Origin: Mustelus asterias
Lineage: Eukaryota
Reading direction: 5' to 3'
Assembly: GCF_964213995.1 (NCBI RefSeq)
Contig: NC_135825.1
Coordinates: 12,152,001-12,216,000 of the forward strand
Length of the DNA stretch: 64,000 nucleotides
Position 1 is the stretch's first letter, and every line of letters starts with the position of its first letter. Under the pieces are notes generated by a model. It made no database searches, was not told the origin of the DNA, and saw nothing but the letters and a program-made list of their open reading frames with translations. Below, piece by piece: positions 11,933-22,976 of the stretch. A program made the translations under genes and the position numbers.

Positions 11933-12927
11933 GGGGTGATTCTCGTGATCTGCAACTTTTCCGGCCGGTCAGGCTGGGTGCTACGCGTCCTCGGCCTTTT
12001 TCTGGGATTTGCGCATGCGCCGGGAATACATGCGCTTCTCCCAGAGACGGAGAATAGTCGGAGTCCAGACCACGCTGGAAATCGGCGGGAAGACGGGTAA
12101 GTGATTTGCAATTATCGGGAACTTGCCGGGCCCGATTGAATCTCCCACCCCACCAGGAGCACTTCATTCCGGCGGGGTTTAGAGAAGATCCCCACATTCG
12201 GGGAACTAGCGGGAGACCCCGCCGGAATGAAGGGCGCAACATCGGAGCCCCGCAGCGGGTCAGGTGCCGCCCTGGGCATGGACACCCTGGCAGTGCCAGC
12301 CTGTGCCCCCGGCACTGCACAAGGTGCCAATTGTCCATGCCCAGAGAGTGCCTTGGCGCTGCCACTGGGCATCGGGCAATGACAAGGGGGCAAGGCCCAT
12401 TGTGGGTGGAGCCGAGGGGTAATCAGTGGGGGGAGTGTCCCGCTGCCACTCTGCATGGTGATCGGTCTGGGCTGGGTGGAAGCCAGCGATCAGGGCAGGC
12501 TGTGGCGTGGGGTGGGGGGGTTCTGCTGGGGTGAGGGTGAGGGTGGTGGTGGGATCGCCACCAATGGGTGGGTGTGCTGGTCATCGGGACGCTCTGGGGC
12601 GGGGGATGGGTCAGAGCTGGCCCAGGAATTGTCTTGAGGGCCGCGATCAAGGTGTGTGGGGGGCCTGAGGGACAGCACTGTGGGGGTCCCGGGCTGGCCA
12701 GCAAACGGGGAGACTGACAGATCGGGGCCACTGCACATGCTCAGAGTTCCGGAGCTGTCAGACTCCGGCGTGAATAGGCCCCGCCCCCTGGGTGTTCAAT
12801 AAGATTCCCGATTGTGACCTCGGCATTGCACAGAGTGCGGAGATTCGAGTGAGAAACTGCACTGAAAAAACAGTCGTGATCCAGAACAGTTTTCCCACAA
12901 ATTCAGCACTTTTGGGAGAATCGCCCC
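11933..12927. mobile_element. Putative non-autonomous DNA transposon (MITE-like, GC-rich; paralogue 48521-49528)
   Basis: Ends GGGGTGATTCTC and GAGAATCGCCCC are inverted (11/12 match). The same terminus GGGGCGATTCTCC recurs at ~13686. No coding capacity and no TSD confirmed. Confidence 0.55.
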
Positions 12928-14204
12928 ATAGGTTTCTAATATTCACTCCCTGATGCCTCTCTCTGGGGTAACTTGTCCGCACCATGGTGGAGCTGATATG
13001 ATCCCTGGTCATTCCTTCTTCACCCTGAATCATCTGATGTTCAAGAAATGTAGCAACCCCCGTGCTGTTTGCCTGTGACAAATTCTGTATCAATGCTGAT
13101 CTTCTCACTGCTGCAAACATAGCTCTGCATTTGGTATCTGACACCTATTGTACATTCACAGGGTTTCTGTCTCACACCACCCTGAGGATAGCAACACATT
13201 TTTCTTGCAGATTCAAACCATGAACATTGCAAGTTGCAGCAAACATGAAGCCACATTTATTTCCAATGTCAATCTCTCTCTTTGCCTTTCTCATCAACCG
13301 TTAAAGAATTTGAGGAGTTAATGGAATATTGCTGTAAATTGGTGCTTATTTAGGATGGAGTCGTCACTCACAGAATTCCATACTCAATAAAAAATGATCA
13401 AACATTGGAATCATTTGGAAAATTCAGAACTCTGATTACAATCTGTTACACGTGGGTAAGAACTTCACTCTGAGTAAATCTAAAGTTAGGACTCTCACTG
13501 ACCACAGCCTTGGGTGGAGAAACATGTTTATTTTTTATTATTAACTCATTTGTGGAATCAGCAACAACAGCAATAACTTTCTCTTTATAAAGTACCTTTC
13601 ACTCAGCAAAACCTCCTCCGACATTTTACAGGAATGTCATCAGGCAAGTGTTGCTGCTGAGGCAAAGATTAGAGGGGGGGAGGGGGGGGCGATTCTCCCA
13701 TTCCGACCCGTGAAGTTTTGGGCGCGTCGGGTTGGGAGATGTGCGTGTCGGCCATTTCGCGGGATCCCCGCGAGCGTTTACGACCCACGCGCATCTCCCA
13801 ACCGGAAAAAAAATGGCACCGTTGGGACCGCGCTGAAAACCGGCCTACCACTAATTTGCATCACTTACCATGCTTTCGCATGCTATTATTGGGAGTTACT
13901 GGCTGCTTTTTACATCTCCTCCATTAGCTTTGAGAAAATGGGGGATCTTTCTTAAACCCCCCTGACTTAATGTAATTGTAACATTTAACAATTAATTAGC
14001 CATTAAACGGGCCACAGAATGTTCAGTCTCGTCACATCAGCCTCCCTGGCCCAGAATGTGAACAATTATACACTCTGGAGTTTCACTCTCTCCTGTATTG
14101 AATTATTGACCTGGATTTTCCAATGAGAGGAACGGCGAAGGTTAACAACCATTCACTGTTATTATGGAGTAAATGAGGCGGTAAAGAGGGTACGCATGTG
14201 CAAT

Positions 14205-15372
14205 TAGAATCATAGAATCATAAAATCATAGAATCATGCAGCACAGAAAAGGTCCTTCAGCCAATCGAGTCCACATCGACACATTAGAAATATCTTAACC
14301 ACCACCTAATGCCATCTGCCAGCACTTGGCCCCTCGCCATGAATTTTATGATGTGTCAAGTGCTCATCCAGGTAATTTTTAATGGATGTGAGGCAACCTG
14401 CCTCTACCACCCCCCCAGGCAACGCATTCCAGACCATCACCACCCTCTGGTTAAAAACGCTTTTCCTCACATCCCCCATAAACCTTCTGCCCCTCACCTT
14501 GAACCTGTGTCCCCTTGTGACTGACCCTTCAACGAAAGGGAACAGCTGCTCCATTTCCACTCTGTGCATGTCCCCTGTAGTCTTGTACACCTCGATCAGG
14601 TCGCCTCTCAATCTTCTCTGCTCCAACGAAAACAACCCAATCCTATCCAACCTCTCTTCATAACTTAAATTTTCTGTCCCAGGCAGCATCCTGGTAAATT
14701 TCCTCTGCACCCACTCCAGTGGAATTACATCCTTCTGATAATGAGGTGACCAGAACTGCACAATGTAGTCCTGCTGTGGCCTCACTAAAGTTCTATACAA
14801 CTCCAACTTGACTTCCCTGCTTTTGTAATCTATGCCTCGACTGACAAAGGCAAGTATCCCATTTATCTTTTTCACCACCCTACTAACATGCCCTGCAATC
14901 TTCAGAGATCTGTGGACAAACACGCCAAGGTCCCTTTGTTCTACAGAACTTCCTTGTGTCCTAAAATTCATTGAGTACCTTCTGTCAAATTAATCCTTCT
15001 AAAGTGTATCAACTCACACTTTAAGGGTTAAATTCTATCTGCCACTTATCTGGCCATTTGACCATTCTATCTGTATCTTCTTGTAGCCCAAGACACTCTG
15101 CCTCGCTGCTAACCACCCGTCCAATCTTTGTGTCAGCTGCAAACGTACTAATCCTACCCCCCACAGAGTCATCTATGTCATTTATATAAGTCACAAATAA
15201 TAGGGGCCCAACACAGATCCCTGCGGTACGCCACTGGACACTGGCTTCCAGTCACTAAAGCAGCCTTCTGTCATCACCCTCTGTCTCCAACATTTTGAAT
15301 TCACTTTATTAAATTACCCTGTACCCAATGTGCATTTACTACTTTACAAGTCTCCCATGTGGGATCTTGCCA
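14205..15372 (-). mobile_element. CR1 LINE, 5'-truncated and decayed (paralogue ~51162-52330)
   Basis: ORF 14306-14971 (RDLGVFVH...LYRTLVRP...QFWSPH...RLRGDLIEVYK) with upstream RT remnants (gtaccgcagggatctgtgttggg); (TAGAATCA)n tail. Confidence 0.92.
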
Positions 15373-16436
15373 TTCTGAAATGTACAAGTTGTGGCTCTAA
15401 TTCCCCAGTTTCCCCAGAGGCTGTTCTATGCTGATACCTCACTGATAGAGGCAGCATGGAAACTGATGTAAAGACATGGGCCTGAATTTTATATCCTCCA
15501 AGGTCCAAGCAGGAGCTGAATGGGGCGGACTCGCCAGTCAGTCAGTGCTAGCATCAGAGAGGATGGTGGATACAATTGACAGGGGGAGAAGGGTCATGAG
15601 GCAGGGATGGTCCCTTTCAATAGTGCAGTGCTCCATGGGCAGATGATGCCAACAATCCAGTCCTCCAACACTGGCATACAGACAGGGAAATCCCAGTTGT
15701 CCCACCATGTGACCTGTTCATTATTGGAGATTTTAAAATTTGTTCAGGAACTTAAAAAATTGTTTTATTGTTATTTAGTTTTCATGGGAAATGAGTATTG
15801 CTGGCGAAGACAGCATTCATTCCCCATCATTAATTTCCCTTGACAAGGTGGGGGTATGCCACTGTCTTGTACAGCAAGAAATGCAGCAACCCCCGTGCTG
15901 TTTGCCTGTGACAAATTCTGTGTCAATGCTGATCTTCTCACTGCTGCAAACACAGCTCTGCATTTGGTATCTGACACCTATTGTACATTCACAGGGTTTC
16001 TATCTCACACCACCCGGAGGATAGCAACACATATTTCTTGCAGTTTCAAACCATGAACATTGCAAGTTGCAGCAAACATGAAGCCACATTTATTTCCAAT
16101 GTCAATCTCTCTCTTTGCCTTTCTCATCAACCGTTAAAGAATTTGAGGAGTTAATGGAATATTGCTGGAAATTGGTGCTTATTTAGGATGAAGCCGTCAC
16201 TCACAGAATTCTATACTCAATAAAAAATGATCAAACATTGGAACCATTTGGAAAATTCAGAACTCTGAGTTCAATCTGTTACACGTGGGTAAGAACTTCA
16301 CTCTGAGTAAATCTAAAGTTAGAACTCTCATTGACCACAGCCTTGGGTGGAGAAACATGTTCATTTTTTATTATTAACTCATTCGTAGAATCAACAACAA
16401 CAGCAATAACTTGTTCTTTTTAAAGTGCCTTTCACT

Positions 16437-16755
16437 CATAGAATTTTGCAGTGCAGATGGAGGCCATTTGGTCCATCAAGCCGACACAATGCCACCCAGA
16501 TCCTATCCCCATAACTCCACATATTTGCCCTGCTGATCCCCTGACATAATGGGGCAATTTAACTTGGGCAATGAATCTAACCTTCACATCTTTGGATTGT
16601 GGGATGAAACCGGAGCGCCTGGAGGAAATTCACACAGACCACGGGGAGGGAATTGTGCAAACTCCACACTGCCAGTCACCCAAGTTCGGAATTGAACCTG
16701 GGCACCTGGCACTGTGAGGCAGCAGTGCTAACCACTGTGCCACCGTACTGCCCGG
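16437..16755 (-). mobile_element. HE1/V-SINE-like SINE (paralogue ~53403-53721)
   Basis: Minus strand reads ggcagtacggtggcacagtggttagcactgctgcctcacagtgccaggtgcccaggttcaattcc (A and B boxes), then the V-like domain and tail. Confidence 0.88.
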
Positions 16756-17204
16756 TAAAACCTCCTCAGGCATTTTATGACATCAGACAAGTGCTGTTGC
16801 TGAGGCAAAGATTAGATCAAAGAGACTGGTCAGTTTTAGGGAGAGGTTGGTGGAGTTTTGAATCGAGACAATTGGAAACATTTCTGTTCGCGATGTGGTG
16901 AAGACTTGGAAATACACGAGAAGCCACGGCTGGGGAACATAAGATTCGCAGAAACATTTGTAAAGATGGGGACTGACGAGACCATGGAGAAATTTGAATA
17001 GGAGAATGAGAATTTAATATTGAGTTTATTTGATTTTGGGAACCACTCAATGAGCACATACACATGAGTGAAGGGCACCCGACAGGTATCACAACAATAT
17101 GTCATGTGAGATATGGAATAACACTCTTTAAATTTATCACCTGGACAGATATGCGCTGAAACTCATTAAAGGGGCTTTTGCCGAGCAAAGTCACGACATA
17201 CAAA

Positions 17205-18745
17205 CACACAAATTAGGAACAGGAGGAGGCCATTCAGCCCCTCATGCCTAATTTGTCATTCAATAATATCATGACTGATCTGATTGTGACCTCAACTTTA
17301 TATCCCACTGACCCTGACAATCATTGACTTCCTTGTTAGTCTAGAATCTTCCAAGCCTCATCTGAAAAATATTTTTTGACCCTGCCTCCACCACCCTCTG
17401 TGAAAGAGAGTTCCAAAAATTCACAACCCTCTCAGAGAAAATAAATCTTCTCATCTCTGTCTTCAATGGGAGAAACCTTATATTGAAATGGTGTCGGTGA
17501 GTTGTAGCGTCTCTCAGCATCCACCCTGTCATGTCCTCCATTAGGGACCAAACCAGACACTCCAAGGTGTTTCATAAAGTTAGCCGAGACCCAAAGTTTT
17601 AGATTTGATTTTGGAATTAGGGTGAGCATAAGTTGTTTTACTCCAGGTATGATTCAAGTGACCCACGAGGAAACTTTAGTCAAAACTAACTTTATTTAAG
17701 AAACAGTTAGAATAGAGCAAAAAAGAATTAGCATAACTTTTACCAAGTAAAATACTTAAACATGACAAAGTATAATTTTTACAAGCTAGCTATCGCTATT
17801 GTTCCAATTTAGCACATCCCCCAGTGAGACATAAATCCCATCTTGAGAAACAGTTCGCAAAGAAAGCAAATATGCTTCATGAACACTTGGTTTCCAGCCT
17901 TTTAATACCTCTCGACAAACATCAGGACAGCACTTTCTAGAGAAGGATATATTCCAAACAACAGAACTTCAGAGAAGTAAACCTAATCTGTGGCAACTCC
18001 CAGTCTTCAGACTTCAGAATTGGAAATGGATTCCTCACTCTGCAGCTTCCAAAACATCACCTTCTCAGAGAAAGAGACTTGTTTCCTGGCAAATTCCAGT
18101 CTCCAACTTCAGAGAGGGAAACTGAAAGGCACTACTCTCTAACAACTCAAAGCAGAATTTGACTTGATCTTTCTGTGTAAACCTAGCTCCACCTAGTGAT
18201 ACGACTGTACCTATCACTTAACCTAATCAAGCCCTACTCTGCAAAACCCCAGGGGCCCACTGAAAATCAAACAGAAAAACATTAGTCCAGATTAAAACAA
18301 ACATCCTTGCAATTAGGAGCAATTATGCTGCTGCAGTAACAACATATGGCTGCTGGACAAAGCGGCATGGATAACAAAAAGAATCTGCGAAAACAGACCT
18401 GCATAAGAAACGTAACAATACATTCCTTAATTCACAATATTTTCACATGAGCCAATCCTCTATCCATGCCAGAATATTCCCTACAAAACCATCTTGCGTA
18501 TTAACATTTTGTATGGTACCTTATCAAATGCCTTTTGAAAATCCAAATATACAACGTCGACTGGTTCTCCTCTATCTACTCTGATTGATACCTCCTCAAA
18601 GAACTCTAGTAAATTTGCCATTCATGACTTTCCCTTCATGAACCCAATCTGACTCTGCCTGATCACATTATAACTTTCCAAAGGCCCTGATAGTCTCTCC
18701 TTAATAATTGATTCTGACATTTATCCAACAACTAAATTTAAACTA
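17205..18745 (-). mobile_element. Decayed CR1 pieces (17205-17530, ~18448-18745) separated by a ~0.9-kb unrelated segment, possibly a solo LTR
   Basis: CR1 3' end (EMRRFIFSERVVNFWNSL) and an RT piece (ggtaccttatcaaatgccttttgaaaatccaa). The middle segment starts TGT, ends ACA and has a minus-strand AATAAA, but I found no TSD. Confidence 0.55.
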
Positions 18746-19654
18746 ATCCAGGGAATTTCCCATCCTGAGGTTATACAGGCGCATTGTTCCATCCTGGGAA
18801 AGTGGAATATATCATTGGAGCGACTGGTATCCAGTGCATGGAAAAATCATGTTGCCAATTCCCTCCAGAATTTGTTCATCTTTAAATTGACAAAGATTAA
18901 GATAAGAATATGAAACAAGAAATGTAGACATTTAATCAGCAAACAGATCAATTATTCTCCAGATGTCGATATACAACCTGAAGGTCACAGCCACTGTTTG
19001 GATTTTGATTCCTCCACTAAATGTTTGATCCAAATCATGTTGGTTGGTTTTTGTTTTTTTATTAGTGTCACAAGTCGGCTTACATTAACACTGCAATGAA
19101 ATTACTGAGAAAATCCCCCAGTCGCCACACTCCGGCGCCAGTTCGGGTCAACTGAACAAGAATTCAGCATGGCTAATGCACCCGAACCAACACATCTTTC
19201 AGACTTCATTTAATGATGATAAAACATACTATAAAGTAGATTTGTTAAAAGAAATGTTCAAAGCTGGATGAGGATTGAATATTTGACCAGGATGCAAAAT
19301 TGCTTCGATGTAGATGGAATGCCAGAATCTTCATTTTCCCACTTTGGTCCAACTGTGAGAATTGGATTCATTGAGTGACTGGAAAAGAAAATCATCAGAT
19401 TCATTGAGACTGGGAGAACAATGCATCAATTGACATTTCAGTCTTGAACAGAATTCTGGAAATGGCAACAATTTGGGGCAGTTTCGAGATCACATTGATC
19501 GCCCTTTGCATGTGCGCTGGGAAACACTCGTTTGGATCCTTCATGAAGACACATAACCTTATTTCCCCACAGAAAACCAATGTTCCCCTGCAGCTGTGAT
19601 TACGGACAATTGACTGAAGAAATTGATTGTTATGTCCATGTTTCTAAAAATATT

Positions 19655-19816
19655 TTATACAGTCCAGTTGGTGCTTCCAGCAACAACATCATTGGGTCTG
19701 TGTCTCAGCCTCTTACTGCTATCTGCATAATTTGAAATCTCTTCCAGTTCCTGTCCAGAAACAGTCAGCCCTGTTGCCTTTTTATAGCCTTTCCAATTTC
19801 CTTCCTTATTCTTTTG
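19655..19816 (-). CDS. Gene B predicted last coding exon: cytoplasmic tail (QKNKEGNWKGYKKATGLTVSGQELEEISNYADSSKRLRHRPNDVVAGSTNWTV*)
   Basis: Acceptor cttattaaactgtcag|CAA; phase 0 matches the TM exon; open for 53 codons to TAA; conserved in paralogue C. An internal AG at 19751 and an internal gtaag donor are alternative boundaries. Confidence 0.55.
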   Translation of the reverse strand, partial: QKNKEGNWKGYKKATGLTVSGQELEEISNYADSSKRLRHRPNDVVAGSTNWTV

Positions 19817-20319
19817 CTGACAGTTTAATAAGATTGGATGATAAGATGGAAGGGTTCTTCCATGGATGGGTTACACAGGAACACAGCAACAAGAGCAGCT
19901 CATTCAGCCCCTCGAGCCTGTCACACCAACCTGCAACTCCACACAGACACTCACCCAAGGCCAAAATCGAACCTGGGTCCCTGTCTTATCTAATCCCAGC
20001 TGTGAGAATTCTAATTGGCCCAGCATCCACAGATTTTAGGATGGATTAGTTCCAGATTTCCATGACTAGCTGTGTGAAAATAATACTTCCTAATTTCACT
20101 CCTAAGTATCTAAGCCCTCACTTTTGGGTTATGGCCCCGTGTACTCCATCTCCCCACTGGGCAAAGAGTTTCTCTGTACCCACCATACTGAATCCCATAA
20201 AAACTTCAATCACCGATCCCAGCAACCTCCAAGTGTGAGGAAATGCAGCAAAGTTGTGCAATCTCTGCACATAATTTACTCCATTTTCCCTGTATCATTC
20301 TGATGTATTGATATTGCAG

Positions 20320-20755
20320 AGATGATGGTTTAGTGTCAATGTCACTGGGCTAGTAATCCAGAGGCTGATAGTAAAGTGCTGGGAACATGATTTCAACATA
20401 GTAGCTGGTGGAATATAAATGCAATGAATTCAAATTCAATTGATGAATCAATCTGGAATTGAAAATCTGACCAATGGTGGCCAGGAAGCTTGTCATCAAT
20501 TGCTGTAAAAACCCATCTGGTTGGTTGGAGATGGTGATAAACTGTCATAAATTGTCATAAATCCTCACTAATATCCTTCAGGGAAGGATATCTATTTTCC
20601 TTATGCAGTCTGACCTCCATGTGACCCCAGACCCACCGCGATGTGTTTGATTCCTAACTGTCTTCTGAAATGGCCGAGCAAGCCACTCGGATCTGGCAAT
20701 TAGGGATGGGCAACAATTCTGCCCTTGCCAGTGACGTCCACATCCCGTGAAATAG
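20320..20755 (+). mobile_element. Degenerate tRNA-head SINE, related to 34860-35235 (paralogue ~57290-57720)
   Basis: Shares atctggaatt...aaaacccatctggtt...ctgaaatggcc...ggatgggcaa blocks with 34860-35235. Confidence 0.6.
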
Positions 20756-21382
20756 AACAAAAAGACACTGCATCCCTTCCGAGGCCAATATTTTGTTCCT
20801 GTGATTCGGACACCATCCAGAACAAACAATTCAACATTGCATTATAAAATCCTCCAGTGATAAAGTGAAACTTCCATTTATGAGTGGAAGTTATCCTGGA
20901 CAAAGACAGCTGATCACTTCAGGATGGATGCAGCTGCAACAAGGATCAGGAACATTGACACAATCGAAAACAAACAGTCCCCTTGATCTTTCCTCCATAA
21001 CATCAGCAACACTTCAGAACCAAACCATATAATCTGTAAGATACTTTGGGTGGACTTTCCACCCAAGTTCCTCTGGAAGGTGGGTGCGGGAGGAGGGGGG
21101 AGGGGGCTGGACAAGAGCAGAAGATCTCGCGAGAGCCCCAATATTACTTTGATGGGAAGTCTCTTTGTGATTGTCCCCAGCTCCCATCACTGACTTCACA
21201 GGATTCCCAACGTTGAACAACATAATCAATTTGCATGTCATTATCAAGACCCGGCACCTGATCAACCCCCGCTCCCCCCACACCCCCCAACCCTCACTTC
21301 CACTGTTCGATGATCCACTCATGTCAGTGTGAGGGCACACTGGTGTGCATTATGATTGATGGCCATGGCATGTACCAGGAGG

Positions 21383-21569
21383 AAGAGTTTTAACAACACC
21401 TGGTTAAAGTCCAACAGGTTTATTTGGTAGCAAATACCATTAGCTTTCAGAGCGCTGCTCCTTCATCAGATGGAGTGGGAATTTGCGCTCAAACAGGGCA
21501 CAGAGACACAGAATCAAGTTACAGAATACTGATTGGAATGCGAATCCCAAAGCCAACCAGATCTTAAAG
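21383..21569 (-). mobile_element. Penelope-like element pLTR fragment (187 bp) with 9-bp TSD ACCAGGAGG
   Basis: Homologous to the termini of the GIY-YIG-bearing element at 58359-59301; flanked by accaggagg at 21374-21382 and 21570-21578. Confidence 0.8.
21437..21473 (-). ncRNA. Minimal type I hammerhead ribozyme motif within the Penelope pLTR
   Basis: Minus strand: CCAU-CUGAUGA-A-GGAGC-AGC-GCUCU-GAAA-GC-UA-AUGG. Stem I CCAU/AUGG, intact core CUGAUGA/GAAA, stem II GGAGC/GCUCU, palindromic AGCU helix III, UA cleavage site. Confidence 0.7.
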
Positions 21570-21632
21570 ACCAGGAGGGCAGACCCACTGGAGATGCTCA
21601 GGTGAGTGCATCGCTCAAAGTTACTGTCAAGG

Positions 21633-22520
21633 GGCAGTGTCCATTCAGTGCCAGGGGTCAGTGCCAGGGCAGTGCCCATGCTGTGCCAGTGGTCAGTGCC
21701 AGTGTCAGTGTCCATTCAGTGCCAGGGGTCAGTGCCAGGGCAGTGCCCATGCTGTGCCAGTGGTCAGTGCCAGTGTCAGTGTCCATTCAGTGCCAGGGGT
21801 CAGTGCCAGGGCAGTGCCAATGCTGTGCCAGTGGTCAGTGCCAGTGTCAGTGTCCATGCAGTGCCAGGGGTCAGTGCCAGGGCAGTGCCCATGCTGTGCC
21901 AGTGGTCAGTGCCAGTGTCCATGCAATGCCAGGGGTCTGTGCCAGTGTCAGTGTCCATGCAGTGCCAGGGGTCAATGCTGGGGCAGTGTCCATGCAGTGC
22001 CAGTGGTCAGTGCCAGTGTCAGTGTCCATGCAGTGCCAGGGGTCAATGCTGGGGCAGTGTCCATGCAGTGCCAGTGGTCAGTGCCAGTGTCAGTGTCCAT
22101 GCAGTGCCAGGGGTCAATGCTAGGGCAGTGTCCATGCAGTGCCAGTGGTTAGTGCCAGTGTCAGTGTCCATGCAGTGCCAGGGGTCAGTGCCAGGGCAGT
22201 GCCGATGCTGTGCCAGTGTTCAGTGCCAGTGTCAGTGTCCGTGCAATGCCAGGGGTCAGTGCCTGTGTCAGTGTCCATGCGGTGCCAGGGGTCAGTGCCT
22301 GTGTCAGTGTCCATGCAGTGCCAGGGGTCAGTGCCAGTGTCCATGCAGTGCCAGTGGTCAGTGCCAGTGTCAGTGTCCATGCAGTACCAGGGGTCAATGC
22401 TAGGGCAGTGTCCATGCAGTGCCAGGGGTTAATGCTGGGGCAGTGTCCATGCAGTGCCAGTGGTCAGTGCCAGTGTCAGTGTCCATGCAGTGCCAGGGGT
22501 CAATGCCAGAGGCAGTGTCG
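21633..22520 (+). repeat. CAGTGC-based composite minisatellite (~885 bp)
   Basis: Tandem variants of CAGTGCCAGGGGT / CAGTGCCAGTGT / CAGTGTCCATG. Confidence 0.95.
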
Positions 22521-22876
22521 GGGGATGGGGGGGGCGGGGGGGGGGGGGGGGTGCATGAGGTTGTGCAAGGGGAGGGGGCTTCCGTTTTCACTTTTGTGCA
22601 TCAAGTTGACTTTCAAAAATATCATTTTGATCTTGAAGAAACTGAAATTTCTGGTGGGATGGGCAGTATCCTGTCCCTTCAACATTTATACACATATTCT
22701 TCACCATATTTCTTCACCGCCTCTTTTCCCGCCCCTGCCACACTTGGAAATGAAAGGTAAAATTCCCCCCTGTGTTTAGTCCTGTGGACATTGACATCAG
22801 TGCAAGTTTCTCTGCACAATATCTGTGATAATTACAAAGTGCTCAGAATGATTGTTGTAAAGTTCATAATCCTCAC

Positions 22877-22976
22877 CTGAGATTTTCTCGTGTACCATGT
22901 GACCGAAATCACACAAATCACCAGGAGGGTAAAGAGCCCCCAGCGAATCACATTCCAGATGAAGGAACTGAGCAAA
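22877..22976 (-). CDS. Gene B transmembrane exon (SLLSSFIWNVIRWGLFTLLVICVISVTWYTRKSQ)
   Basis: Acceptor tgtatttcttccag|TTTG and donor CAG|gtgagg; 100 nt, phase 2-0, matching the stalk exon. Hydrophobic span with an intramembrane Arg followed by an RK stop-transfer. Confidence 0.85.

Noticed and set aside
21533-22779. Long Cys/Gln/Val-rich ORFs (up to 265 aa; also 59251-60072) resembling metallothionein or keratin-associated proteins
   Set aside because: They are translations of a stop-poor minisatellite, open in several frames and on both strands, and not conserved in length between paralogues.
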